Source: a virus (lineage: Duplodnaviria; Caudoviricetes). Taken from it: a stretch of 35,308 nucleotides of DNA. The translations under genes and the position numbers were made by a program. The DNA lies in the IMG/VR virus record IMGVR_UViG_3300048110_000200, positions 1 to 35,308 of that record; one strand, written 5' to 3'. Under the pieces are notes generated by a model. That model had not been told where the DNA came from, ran no database searches, and saw only the letters and a program-made list of their open reading frames with translations. Below, in pieces: positions 25,527 through 34,169 of this stretch (position 1 is its first letter; every line of letters starts with the position of its first letter).

Positions 25527-25587
25527 TACAAGGGGAAAGGGTTTATAATTATATATGTTGGCAAATTCTGCCGAAAGCATTCGGAAA

Positions 25588-26037
25588 TTATTGTGCAAAA
25601 TTTTCCAGCTCGTCCCATTGTATCTTTACATGTGTTTCTGCTTTCTGATCTGGCTTGCAATAACTCTTAAAAGCAGACAAGTGCCAAACCTGTGCATCGT
25701 CCTTATAAACAACTTCATTACACCCATCCAATACAGCTTTAGCTAGGTTATCAATATCAGGCTTAGAAGGTACTAAAACTCCAGACTGACAAAGAATGGT
25801 TTTAGTTTTTGTATATGATTTAGGCACATCAAAATAAAAAGAGACAATAACACTTACCCTTCTATCAGTAACCTTTAGCCTAGAGTTCTGCATAGCAACC
25901 CAAGCGGTTTGTTTAATCAGAGTTTCTCGTTTACGTGTTTCTTTCGGAGTATATGCGTGTCCTTGCTTAGTAAATCTTGGTCGAGCTTTTCCAGTTGGTT
26001 TACCAGCTACTATAAATTCACAATTTTTAATCGACAT
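25588..26037 (-). CDS. rusA: RusA-family Holliday junction resolvase
   Basis: GKP-x-GKARPR, YTP, KPDIDNLAKAVLDG-x-N-x-x-x-Y-x-DD-x-QV. Confidence 0.93.
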   Translation of the reverse strand: MSIKNCEFIVAGKPTGKARPRFTKQGHAYTPKETRKRETLIKQTAWVAMQNSRLKVTDRRVSVIVSFYFDVPKSYTKTKTILCQSGVLVPSKPDIDNLAKAVLDGCNEVVYKDDAQVWHLSAFKSYCKPDQKAETHVKIQWDELENFAQ

Positions 26038-26145
26038 AATATCTGCCTGTTAAGGTTATTAACTTCTATAAAGCATTTATATACGCATTAGAAGTGCAAA
26101 TATGGGGGTCTAATGCGTTTATTTATAAATTATTTATAATAGGTG

Positions 26146-26174
26146 TTGACATAGTTAACAGTTATCATTATAAA
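26146..26174 (+). promoter_or_regulatory. Sigma70-type promoter
   Basis: TTGACA (26146-26151), 17 nt, TATAAA (26169-26174). Confidence 0.75.
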
Positions 26175-26202
26175 GTTAATATAATTTATGAGAGGACAAA
26201 TT

Positions 26203-26352
26203 ATGATTATAAGCGATAAGAAATTTTCAAACTTAGATGAAGCTAATGCACACGGCAAGTTCATCGCAGAAAATACTGGATGGGATTACATTGGTGCAAT
26301 CGTATCTGGCTCAAAAAATAATCTAACTTTTACAGCACAGTGGAGATATTAA
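26203..26352 (+). CDS. Hypothetical 49-aa protein
   Basis: ATG after GAGAGGACAA; MIISDKKFSNLDEANAHGKFIAENTGWDYIGAIVSGSKNNLTFTAQWRY; TAATG coupling to the next gene. Not in the ORF track. Confidence 0.7.
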   Translation: MIISDKKFSNLDEANAHGKFIAENTGWDYIGAIVSGSKNNLTFTAQWRY

Positions 26353-26570
26353 TGCAAAATCAAAAATTTCAAATCTTAAATTTCTTGCGAAATACAAATA
26401 CTGGAATGACATCATGGGATGCTATTCAGCATTGCAGATGCACAAGGTTAGCCGCCAGAATATTAAACTTAAAAGATGATGGTCACACAATCGAAACTAT
26501 CATGGAACAAAATAATGGTTCTGGCAAAAGATACGCCAGATATTACTTAATCAAAGAGGCATCGTTATGA
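26352..26570 (+). CDS. Winged HTH protein
   Basis: Q-x-x-x-IL-x-x-L, T-x-x-DA, RLAARI-x-x-LK-x-x-G-x-x-I-x-T, YARY-x-L. Confidence 0.8.
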   Translation: MQNQKFQILNFLRNTNTGMTSWDAIQHCRCTRLAARILNLKDDGHTIETIMEQNNGSGKRYARYYLIKEASL

Positions 26571-26875
26571 AAATTTATTCACCAGAAGGCAACTTCGATA
26601 TAAACTGGAACCCAGCAAAATATAAAACAAAGGGTGGCGCGGCTAAAGCTTTATACAAAGAACTTTGCCGAATTTGTAAACTTCAAGGTGCTGACCCAAA
26701 ATGGGAGGTTTGGATAAAATCACCAATTGAAAGCACAGCACATGGATATTGTCCGAACGCTTGGCACGTTTGCTGGGAAAGTGGACCTTACGATTGGGCA
26801 ATAAATGTTTTCGCAAGCGGTGAATGGGGACATTGTGAAACTTACTGGGGCTTTGATTTAGCCTTTTACGAATAG
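26567..26875 (+). CDS. Hypothetical Trp-rich protein
   Basis: 102 aa, ATGA coupling, W-x-V-x-WESGPYDWA and E-x-Y-x-x-FDL-x-F. Confidence 0.75.
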   Translation: MKIYSPEGNFDINWNPAKYKTKGGAAKALYKELCRICKLQGADPKWEVWIKSPIESTAHGYCPNAWHVCWESGPYDWAINVFASGEWGHCETYWGFDLAFYE

Positions 26876-26885
26876 GGGGTGCAAT

Positions 26886-27164
26886 ATGGCTAAGAATGCA
26901 CCTATGTCTGACGCATATAAAGATTACCAAGCGTTTAAAAAACAGTATGAAGACCAGCTGATTTTTGCTTATAAAGCGTATTCTACGGAAGAACTCTTGG
27001 CACACTTTAAAATGTTTGAAAAAGAAAGAGACCATGCCAGCGCACAATATCGTACTACTGGCATGGTACACTATAAGGAAACCAAAGAAAGGTTTTCCAG
27101 AAACGCTGAAGTTTACAAATTTGTTTTAGATAAAAGAAACGAGGGTAATAAAAATGCAAATTAA
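26886..27164 (+). CDS. Hypothetical protein
   Basis: 92 aa, in operon, GGGGG RBS. Confidence 0.7.
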   Translation: MAKNAPMSDAYKDYQAFKKQYEDQLIFAYKAYSTEELLAHFKMFEKERDHASAQYRTTGMVHYKETKERFSRNAEVYKFVLDKRNEGNKNAN

Positions 27165-27348
27165 AGGCGCAAAAACTATTCTTGAAAAACGCTGTAAGTT
27201 TTATGGAAAGGACTTACCGTGGCTATTTAGTGTAATTAACGAAGGTTGGGACGAGCCAGAAAACGTAAAACGTGCAATGAAAGTTTATCAGGCACACATT
27301 AAAGACCAAGATTATTGGATACAGAAATATGGTCGTGAGCCGTGGTAA
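27154..27348 (+). CDS. Hypothetical protein
   Basis: 64 aa, GAGGG RBS, overlaps previous stop. Confidence 0.7.
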   Translation: MQIKGAKTILEKRCKFYGKDLPWLFSVINEGWDEPENVKRAMKVYQAHIKDQDYWIQKYGREPW

Positions 27349-27358
27349 AGGTAGAAAA

Positions 27359-27703
27359 ATGAAAAATTACTTGAAAGAATTCATGGAAATAAAGGGTAGA
27401 AAGCCTACTGAAGCAGAACTTGGTCAAATGATGCATATGTCTGCAAAGGGAACTTCTGGTGCAAAAAAAGAAAAAGAAAGCGTCTATGCATTTGGTAAAA
27501 CTACACAAACTCACAACAATTTAGGTGGACGCGCGAAGCAAAAAGTTAAATTAAGCACCAATGCAAAGCGTATTAATGACCTTTTGCATAAAAAATTTGA
27601 TGCGAGTACAATATCTGTTATATTAGATTTAAGGGAATATACGGTAAAAAACATAATAAAATATGCAAGATTACCGCGTACACCAGATCAAATACTTGAT
27701 TAA
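27359..27703 (+). CDS. Hypothetical protein with possible C-terminal HTH
   Basis: Start MKNYLKEF; GRKPTEAE motif; STISVILDLREYTVKNII resembles an HTH. Confidence 0.65.
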   Translation: MKNYLKEFMEIKGRKPTEAELGQMMHMSAKGTSGAKKEKESVYAFGKTTQTHNNLGGRAKQKVKLSTNAKRINDLLHKKFDASTISVILDLREYTVKNIIKYARLPRTPDQILD

Positions 27704-27705
27704 TC

Positions 27706-27813
27706 GTGTGGGTGGCGTTGTTAATAAAATTAGCGCATTTTGGTAGCAACATGAGGTCAAAAAATTTTAAATCGCCCGATATTAAAATAAGATTTTGATT
27801 TTACCACCCACAC
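27706..27813 (+). ncRNA. Candidate structured RNA (three-way junction)
   Basis: Perfect 10-bp closing stem GTGTGGGTGG/CCACCCACAC enclosing two hairpins (27717-27750, 27755-27800) with plus-strand G:U pairs. Confidence 0.5.
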
Positions 27814-27853
27814 AACTTTAAACCATAAAATTGATAATTATACAATATGAAAT

Positions 27854-28084
27854 TTAATTCTCAGTAAATTGTTCTGGCCTTAAACCAGCCATTGCAGTCA
27901 ATCTTCTTAGTTCTTCTTTACCTTTTTCATTTAACTGATTGTCTTCATTTAAGAAATTATTTTCGTGCAAATCAACTTCAATATGTAAATATGGCTTTCG
28001 ACCACAAATCATTGCAATAAGGCCACCTAGCCTTGTTATTTGCTTCTGTGACAACTTACCCTCATGACCTAATACTGTCTTCAT
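27854..28084 (-). CDS. Hypothetical protein after endolysin
   Basis: 76 aa, starts 3 nt after the endolysin stop. Confidence 0.7.
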   Translation of the reverse strand: MKTVLGHEGKLSQKQITRLGGLIAMICGRKPYLHIEVDLHENNFLNEDNQLNEKGKEELRRLTAMAGLRPEQFTEN

Positions 28085-28087
28085 TTT

Positions 28088-28909
28088 TTAGCCAATTAAT
28101 TTATAATAAGTTTTATTTCCAACAATCCCATCAACAGTTAAGCCATTGTCAGCTTGCCACTCCATAACTTTTGATTTTGTAACTAGACCAAAAACTCCAT
28201 CTGCTTCGAGACCCAAAGCTCTTTGTATAGATTTTACCTGACTTCCAGTGCTACCAACTTTAACTAATACTGGTGTTGGTCTTGGCATATATGTTCCATC
28301 TAATATTTCTAATGCCTTGACATAATGATGTCTTCTGTCTTCTAATCCTATTGTTCCACCATTGACGAGCTTAGTCATTGTAACAACATCACCATCATCT
28401 GCTGATCTATTGATATTTCTACTATCCCAATACCAACAAGCACTATGCAAAGCACCCATATTTGTTTCTAAATATTCTATTGTTTCATCTACATCCTTGC
28501 CAATATCATCACCAAATCTTGTGACGTTTGAACGGCCTGTTAATTGAATGACGCCTCTACCACGAAATTTCCAACCATCATTTGACTCTGCATCGCCGTT
28601 AGACATCCTGTTAGCATATACTACGTTTGCTATGTCTTGAGGCTTTCTATGGTACTTCTCTGCGTCTCTACCAGCGTTTTTAAAGTATTTAGGAAAGATT
28701 GCGTTTAAACCTTTAGCTGAATAATTCAAATTTTCCTCTAAAACTTTAAAATTTAAACTTTCATGACCGCATTGAGCTATGAAACCAGCAATACGTGCTG
28801 GTGTATTTATTTCATATTCTGGTAATAACTTTTGCATTGGCTTAACCCAATCTTGCCAATTCTTATTACCATGTAATAAATCTTCTATTTGATCATCAGT
28901 AAGTTTCAT
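28088..28909 (-). CDS. Endolysin, GH19 chitinase/lysozyme-like with C-terminal peptidoglycan-binding domain
   Basis: FIAQCGHES, ENLNYS, FRGRG-x-IQLTG, NGG-x-x-GL-x-DR; DGVFG...Q-x-x-x-GL-x-VDGIVG. Confidence 0.93.
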   Translation of the reverse strand: MKLTDDQIEDLLHGNKNWQDWVKPMQKLLPEYEINTPARIAGFIAQCGHESLNFKVLEENLNYSAKGLNAIFPKYFKNAGRDAEKYHRKPQDIANVVYANRMSNGDAESNDGWKFRGRGVIQLTGRSNVTRFGDDIGKDVDETIEYLETNMGALHSACWYWDSRNINRSADDGDVVTMTKLVNGGTIGLEDRRHHYVKALEILDGTYMPRPTPVLVKVGSTGSQVKSIQRALGLEADGVFGLVTKSKVMEWQADNGLTVDGIVGNKTYYKLIG

Positions 28910-28911
28910 TT

Positions 28912-29199
28912 TTAATTCCTATCCAAAAAATTAAGACGCATTTCTAATTCTTTTATTTGTAACTCAATAGCGCGCACTCGCTTTATAGCATCTGCAACTT
29001 CAGGTGGGGGCTTAAATTGATCTATCCAATCGTCATTTTCAGTGATTTCTTCCCAGTGCATTGCTTGTTCATGCTCTAAAAAAGCTAATCTCTCAATTAT
29101 TCCAAAGTATGCCCAAACACTAACGGCTGTAGCCCCTACCAAAGCCAATAAGTTTTTTAGAGGTATTGTAAACTCTAAACTTTCAGAAAGTTTTGTCAT
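28912..29199 (-). CDS. Membrane-anchored coiled-coil protein (possible lysis accessory)
   Basis: One TM (LLALVGATAVSVWAYFGII) followed by a coiled coil; lies between holin and endolysin. Confidence 0.65.
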   Translation of the reverse strand: MTKLSESLEFTIPLKNLLALVGATAVSVWAYFGIIERLAFLEHEQAMHWEEITENDDWIDQFKPPPEVADAIKRVRAIELQIKELEMRLNFLDRN

Positions 29200-29595
29200 T
29201 TATTTCTCAATTTTCTTCAGCTTTTCAACTGATCTCAAACCGCCTAATCCTAACATTCCCATCATAACAGTTAAAAGGCTACCCATATCAAAACTAGGCA
29301 ACTCTGGCATATCAACACCAGCGGCTGTTACGCCAAAGACTATAAGGGGCTGTAGTACAAAATGATAAGCAAAAGCAAAACCGCAAACCCAGCCTATGAA
29401 TGGTCGCCATCCGCCCTTAAATAAAGACCCACTAGCGGCCTCTGCTTTATTTATCTCAAGTTGCCCCATAAGTGCCTCTTGAGCGTGCTGGTCGGACATT
29501 GTAGCAATCTCATGGGCTAACGCGGCCTTTTGATCTTTATCTTCAATAACTTTATCTAATAAACCTGTAACTGGTCCGATTAAACTTGCTAACAT
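29200..29595 (-). CDS. Holin, 3TM GTA-holin family
   Basis: LDK-x-I-x-DKD, Q-x-EINK-x-EA, GWRPFIGWVCG, GMLGLGGLRS-x-EK. Confidence 0.9.
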   Translation of the reverse strand: MLASLIGPVTGLLDKVIEDKDQKAALAHEIATMSDQHAQEALMGQLEINKAEAASGSLFKGGWRPFIGWVCGFAFAYHFVLQPLIVFGVTAAGVDMPELPSFDMGSLLTVMMGMLGLGGLRSVEKLKKIEK

Positions 29596-29990
29596 TATTG
29601 CATTCTCCTTTTATCAAGTAATTCTTGCAAATCCTTTTTCTTAGTGCCTCCATCGTACATCCATGCAAAACCTTCATCTATGAGCATTTGATTTAATGAC
29701 ACTGTTGCATCAGGGTTCATGTATAAATAGCCAATCATTCTACCGAACTTACCATCTTTTTCAGTTCTAACAATCAATTTATCAGCGTTCATAATTAAGC
29801 TTTTTAAATAATCTTTAGCTTGCAGACCTAATTTTTTTTCTTCTAAGTCTCTAGTTCTGCTTTCTGGAGTATCTATACCGCCTAATCTGACACGTTCTTT
29901 CTTTGTTAAATCAAAACCTAAATCAATTTCAACGTCTACAGTATCGCCATCGACAACCTTCAAAACATTTTTTACAAAATATTGATACAT
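29595..29990 (-). CDS. Thermonuclease (SNase-like)
   Basis: VVDGDT, RVRL-x-GIDTPESRT, GKFGR, YDGG. Confidence 0.92.
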   Translation of the reverse strand: MYQYFVKNVLKVVDGDTVDVEIDLGFDLTKKERVRLGGIDTPESRTRDLEEKKLGLQAKDYLKSLIMNADKLIVRTEKDGKFGRMIGYLYMNPDATVSLNQMLIDEGFAWMYDGGTKKKDLQELLDKRRMQ

Positions 29991-29992
29991 AA

Positions 29993-30319
29993 TTAATCAC
30001 CATTTTTTGGCTTAGAGCCACCCATTTTAGTAACACCAAAGAAAACACCAACAACACCAGCAACACTTAAAAAGTATATACTAGCCATATCACCAATAAT
30101 ATCAGCGGCTTTATCTAATCCTAGACCGCTAGTTACAACCACACCAGCTGGGTATAACAGCATACCCCATAGGCAAAACCAAGCCATTTGACGCTGTGAG
30201 TCTCGTTGAGCATCTTCGTCTTCCATAACTTTACGGCGATTTTCAAGCTCTAGCGCGTCCCATTCTGACTTATCAATAGTACCGCTACCATCTGTATCAA
30301 TTTTATCAAATTCGCTCAT
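29993..30319 (-). CDS. EF-hand-containing two-TM membrane protein
   Basis: F-x-x-I-DTDGSGTIDKSE-W canonical 12-residue loop; two hydrophobic helices; basic C-terminus. Confidence 0.8.
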   Translation of the reverse strand: MSEFDKIDTDGSGTIDKSEWDALELENRRKVMEDEDAQRDSQRQMAWFCLWGMLLYPAGVVVTSGLGLDKAADIIGDMASIYFLSVAGVVGVFFGVTKMGGSKPKNGD

Positions 30320-30330
30320 TTTATTTACTC

Positions 30331-30843
30331 CTATTTTGCAAGTGGATTATCTAAAGCCCTTTGCACTAATTTTTCTAACCGAGCTTCTAACTCTGCCATA
30401 TCACCTTTTTGTGTACTTCTTAGCTGTTCTCTTTGTGTTTCAAATCGCCTTGAAGCTTTATCAATCATGTCACGAACATCATCTACAACATTTCGAACCA
30501 ACGCTTCCGTTCTATCCGCCTGTTTTTCAATTCTAAGAATGTCATTCTTCAAACTGTTCTTAATGTCGCGTGTGTAATCTATTCCTTGTTCTGTTTTTTC
30601 AGTTAATGCTGTTATCTTATTATCTATAAACCTAATTTCTGCCTGATATTCGTCTAAATCAAGGCCAGCGACAGCTTCTATTCTCTGGTATAACACAAAA
30701 CCGCCGTAAAGTCCCCCTACAACAGTGCTAATAAATGCTAATATTGCCATAATTGAAGCAAAAGATAGCTTCATACCCCCAACTTTGACCTCTTTATCAG
30801 CCAATCCGTCTATTTCATCTGCAATTTTTGTTGTATCTACCAT
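30331..30843 (-). CDS. Single-TM coiled-coil protein
   Basis: TM helix near residues 27-52, long heptad region, terminal ALDNPL. Confidence 0.8.
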   Translation of the reverse strand: MVDTTKIADEIDGLADKEVKVGGMKLSFASIMAILAFISTVVGGLYGGFVLYQRIEAVAGLDLDEYQAEIRFIDNKITALTEKTEQGIDYTRDIKNSLKNDILRIEKQADRTEALVRNVVDDVRDMIDKASRRFETQREQLRSTQKGDMAELEARLEKLVQRALDNPLAK

Positions 30844-31334
30844 TAATCCTCAAACTCCAAATTTTCAGTTTGCAAATTTTTAAGTGCTTCTATTTCATCT
30901 CGTAGCTTTTGTATTTCTAATCTGCGCTGTGCTAACTCTATTTGATATAAATCGTCACAATTAATACGCGCTTTAGGCTTATCTAATGGAATAACTATTC
31001 TTGCATATACACCTATATCTCTACCTTTACTGTTGGTATCTAATCCAGAAAGAACACCTGTAACTCCATATTCAAGATTAATCCCACCACCAACAGCATT
31101 GCTACATCGCATATTACCTGTAGAAAAACTGTCTGATTGATAATTCATGGGTGGGTTGGGCAATGAAAGTGACAAAGCACTATTCTCTGCAAAAGATGTA
31201 GTTATGCTTAGAGCCAATACACCCCCTGTTAACTGTGTATACTTTGTTAACTTTTTAAAGAAGTATACAAGGTTCATAGGGTTAACATATGCTGTTATTA
31301 ACTTCATAGTGGTTCTCCACCTAATTTTGAACAT
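30843..31334 (-). CDS. Putative secreted protein with Cys pair and C-terminal coiled coil
   Basis: Signal-like GGVLALSITTSFA; YQSD, CSNAVGG, GVYARIVIPL, RINC-x-x-LY-x-x-EL. Start uncertain. Confidence 0.75.
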   Translation of the reverse strand: MFKIRWRTTMKLITAYVNPMNLVYFFKKLTKYTQLTGGVLALSITTSFAENSALSLSLPNPPMNYQSDSFSTGNMRCSNAVGGGINLEYGVTGVLSGLDTNSKGRDIGVYARIVIPLDKPKARINCDDLYQIELAQRRLEIQKLRDEIEALKNLQTENLEFED

Positions 31335-31696
31335 ACGATGGACGAAACTATCGCCCTAGATTTATTTGATTTTAAAATTTTTGATGCAGTACAAATATAA
31401 ACTGCCTTATCTAAATCTGACTTTCTTAGATAAACATCAAAGTCTATTTTTTCCTCATAGCCTATTTTTATTATTTTTCTTTTGGTTGTGAAATCTATTT
31501 CATCAAAATTTTCATCGAACAAACCGACTTCATAATAATTTATTTCTTTTCGTCTATTTAATAGCTGTAATTGTATTTTAACCACGCCCTGTACGTGAGA
31601 AGGCAATGTTCTTGGATATGCTGGGGTTTGCTCATGTGCTTGAGCATATGACCCCAACATAAAGAATAAGGCAAAGAATGCTACTTTGGTATACAC
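31304..31696 (-). CDS. Putative secreted beta-sandwich (pilus chaperone-like) protein
   Basis: Signal peptide ending AQA; HE-x-TP-x-Y, L-x-N-x-R, YICT-x-S, S-x-x-CSK. The chaperone likeness is inference. Confidence 0.6.
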   Translation of the reverse strand: MYTKVAFFALFFMLGSYAQAHEQTPAYPRTLPSHVQGVVKIQLQLLNRRKEINYYEVGLFDENFDEIDFTTKRKIIKIGYEEKIDFDVYLRKSDLDKAVYICTASKILKSNKSRAIVSSIVCSKLGGEPL

Positions 31697-32172
31697 GTTG
31701 CAACTACTGACGCTGTATAAGTACCTCCAGCAAAAGGTTTAGCTGAACCATAGACTGCGCTTGAGGCTGTAGAAAACCAAGTAGACCCAGCTAAAGTTAA
31801 ATTAAATATTGTGGTATTATCTACAACTACTTTTGCGGCTTCATATGCTGACATACCAGACACAGATGTTTGAGTTACACTTGTGCTTCCTGTCCAAGCA
31901 ACTGTGTCATTAAGAGTTGGGGAAGAACTAAAAGATGTAGGATGTGTTATGTTTGCTGTGTAACTATCAGCTATAGAAACATCATATCTAATTACAGGCA
32001 AAACTCCACCATCTGCTGGTGTTGTGCTTAATTTACTAGCTATCGGGTTTCCATATACGCCTGATTTAGTTGTTTGTATTACACATTTGGCTTCTACAGT
32101 TCCAACTATGTCAACTGTTGCGACTGCTGGGCAAGCCAGTAATATAAAGACTGTACTTAAATATTTCATCAT
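31681..32172 (-). CDS. Putative secreted fimbrial-subunit-like protein
   Basis: Signal peptide ending AVA; I-x-G-x-V-x-x-x-C-x-I at the N-terminus and GGTYTA-x-V-x-x-x-C at the C-terminus; Ser/Thr-rich. Confidence 0.65.
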   Translation of the reverse strand: MMKYLSTVFILLACPAVATVDIVGTVEAKCVIQTTKSGVYGNPIASKLSTTPADGGVLPVIRYDVSIADSYTANITHPTSFSSSPTLNDTVAWTGSTSVTQTSVSGMSAYEAAKVVVDNTTIFNLTLAGSTWFSTASSAVYGSAKPFAGGTYTASVVATCIPK

Positions 32173-32182
32173 TCTTTTCCTT

Positions 32183-33055
32183 TTAATCATATTGCAAGTC
32201 TACTAATTGATTATGCAGAAGTTGCTGTGCTAAATTATTTCTTAAACCTTTTTTATTATCTGGCAAATTACCATCATTTAAAGCGACTGTATCTTTATAT
32301 ATACCACCATTAATCTTAGAATTATAGTACATCTCAATATTAGTCTGTGCATTCATTGCGTTAATAATTTGTGACTGCCCCTGATCAAGTGTAAGTGTTA
32401 ATGCATTTTCAGCTTGAGCTAGACCTAATTCAATTCTTGTTTCTTTCTCTTTTTCTTCGTCTTCATCGAGCTTTGCTTCATCTTCATCGTAATCTGCATC
32501 AGCTTTTACTTCTATATTATCTACAACAGCCTCATCGTCTAAAGCATTATAAATCTCATACTCAATAACAGGCGGCGCTGGTTTTATATATCCAGCACAT
32601 GATGGGTCAGACTGTGGGTCAAAGCACTTATCAAGTCTGTAACTATATATCACAACAGCGTCTTTTACTTCGCCTGTTCCCTCAACTTCAATTGAGCCAT
32701 TGCCCCATTGCGATGATGGTATATTGGGTAATGCAAAAGATTTTGCGATTGTGTTACCAGCTACCCCAGACCAATCGTCAGTTTCCTTGAATGTGTAACC
32801 ATCGCCAGTAGCATTTAAATTTCCAACATGAACAAGCATATCGTCTTCTGGTTTTTTAACAGTTGTATATTTATAAATCAGCCCATTTACATCTAAGCCA
32901 ATACCTTCTGGCAAAACATTAGCCATAGTCCAGTTTAAAGAGCTACCAGCGGCGTTTCCTGATGTTCCGTATGTGTAAGGCTCACATTGCGAGTAAGAGG
33001 GCAAGAGTGCTAAGAATAACGCCCAAGCCAATCTTTGTTTCTGTATTATCATCAA
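32183..33055 (-). CDS. Putative secreted protein
   Basis: Signal peptide, beta-rich domain, C-x-DP-x-x-DPSC-x-GY, acidic stretch, H-x-x-LV-x-x-QY terminus. Confidence 0.75.
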   Translation of the reverse strand: MMIIQKQRLAWALFLALLPSYSQCEPYTYGTSGNAAGSSLNWTMANVLPEGIGLDVNGLIYKYTTVKKPEDDMLVHVGNLNATGDGYTFKETDDWSGVAGNTIAKSFALPNIPSSQWGNGSIEVEGTGEVKDAVVIYSYRLDKCFDPQSDPSCAGYIKPAPPVIEYEIYNALDDEAVVDNIEVKADADYDEDEAKLDEDEEKEKETRIELGLAQAENALTLTLDQGQSQIINAMNAQTNIEMYYNSKINGGIYKDTVALNDGNLPDNKKGLRNNLAQQLLHNQLVDLQYD

Positions 33056-33545
33056 ATATATTCCTCATTGGACTATTTTGTTCATACTCAATTTGATCTT
33101 GAACTTTTTGCATTTCCCAAGCTAACCTAGCTTTATCCCCCACCAATCCATCCTTGGGACAGGGCGTGCCAGCATTGAGCATGGCTTCAAAGACGACAGG
33201 GTCACTACACATAATTGAAACAGCGCTCACCCTCATGCCCATGTCATACATAATGGATGCTTTTTTGAGCAACAAACAATTTTCTTCGGTAAATGTTGTC
33301 CCTGCGCTGATACCTAATATCTGCGTTTGAACCGCGCCAGCAACACCAACAGTACACAAATCTGAATTACTATTGCTAATATTTGGAGTAATCGCTGATG
33401 GTGGTGGGCTATTTACTGTTGTTTCCATTGAGCCATTTGATGTTACAGTAGAATTAGTTTCAGTTCTGATTGTATCATCTGCGCGTGCAAGGTTGCCTAT
33501 TAAAAATCCAATTAAAACTAATATAAAAAATAAAAAAATCCTCAT
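32982..33545 (-). CDS. Putative secreted, C-terminally anchored Cys-containing protein
   Basis: Signal peptide ending ARA; SPPPSA, four Cys (DLC, ENC, IMC, AGTPCP); hydrophobic C-terminus. Confidence 0.8.
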   Translation of the reverse strand: MRIFLFFILVLIGFLIGNLARADDTIRTETNSTVTSNGSMETTVNSPPPSAITPNISNSNSDLCTVGVAGAVQTQILGISAGTTFTEENCLLLKKASIMYDMGMRVSAVSIMCSDPVVFEAMLNAGTPCPKDGLVGDKARLAWEMQKVQDQIEYEQNSPMRNIFDDNTETKIGLGVILSTLALLLAM

Positions 33546-33562
33546 TATAAACCCCCCTAGAG

Positions 33563-33841
33563 TTATAATCTTGATTTAAACTCCGACCAGACTGCAAATG
33601 AAACAAACCCAAGCACAAATAGTGTACCCCATCTGACAGCAGTTTTCCAAACTGAGCTTTTGGTTTGTCTCCAACCTTCAAGCAAATCACGCAATTCTTT
33701 TACATCATGCACAGCGTTTTCGTCGTGCAAGCCAATTCTTGACAACGCTCTATCAGAACCTTTTTCAGCGGCTTCTAGTATTAGTGCCTTTAACTCTGCT
33801 TTAGTAATGCCATGCATTTTTCCCTCATCAGATGATGTCAT
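33563..33841 (-). CDS. Small membrane protein (DUF6127-like)
   Basis: AAE-x-G-x-x-RAL-x-x-IGL-x-D-x-x-A-x-x-D-x-x-ELR-x-LL-x-x-WR-x-x-K followed by a TM; family name from memory. Confidence 0.7.
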   Translation of the reverse strand: MTSSDEGKMHGITKAELKALILEAAEKGSDRALSRIGLHDENAVHDVKELRDLLEGWRQTKSSVWKTAVRWGTLFVLGFVSFAVWSEFKSRL

Positions 33842-34151
33842 CTGTTATCTCTACATCAATAAATTGATTATTTGGAAAGGTTTCTATTTCTCCACCTGAG
33901 TATGTAACTTCAAATTCACACTCAAAAGAACCAATAGTATCAGTGTCTCCTGTAGCCCATTGATAATAAACAATACCGCCTTGCGCGTTTGATATTGTAG
34001 CTGGAGCATCAATTTTGACCGCAGAACTTCCAATTGGACGCATGTGAAATCTCACCGATGTTGCGGTCAAATTAACCACAGTATCAGTTCCATCTTTAAG
34101 TATTACCTGTAATGCAGGTGATGTATCATTTTGTTTTATAAAGAACGCCAT
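33828..34151 (-). CDS. BppU N-terminal-like baseplate/adaptor domain protein
   Basis: IKQNDTSP, V-x-L, G-x-V-x-Y-x-W-x-x-x-DT, EFEVTY-x-x-G-x-x-ETFPN. Confidence 0.75.
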   Translation of the reverse strand: MAFFIKQNDTSPALQVILKDGTDTVVNLTATSVRFHMRPIGSSAVKIDAPATISNAQGGIVYYQWATGDTDTIGSFECEFEVTYSGGEIETFPNNQFIDVEITDDII

Positions 34152-34169
34152 GTTTCTTCCTTACAACTT

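Noticed and set aside
26643-27514. Minus-strand ORFs 26643..27071 and 27299..27514
   Set aside because: Antisense to a coupled plus-strand operon that has a promoter and RBSs.
27706-27813. tRNA gene
   Set aside because: No T-loop GTTC, D-loop or 7-bp acceptor geometry; kept only as an unclassified structured RNA candidate.
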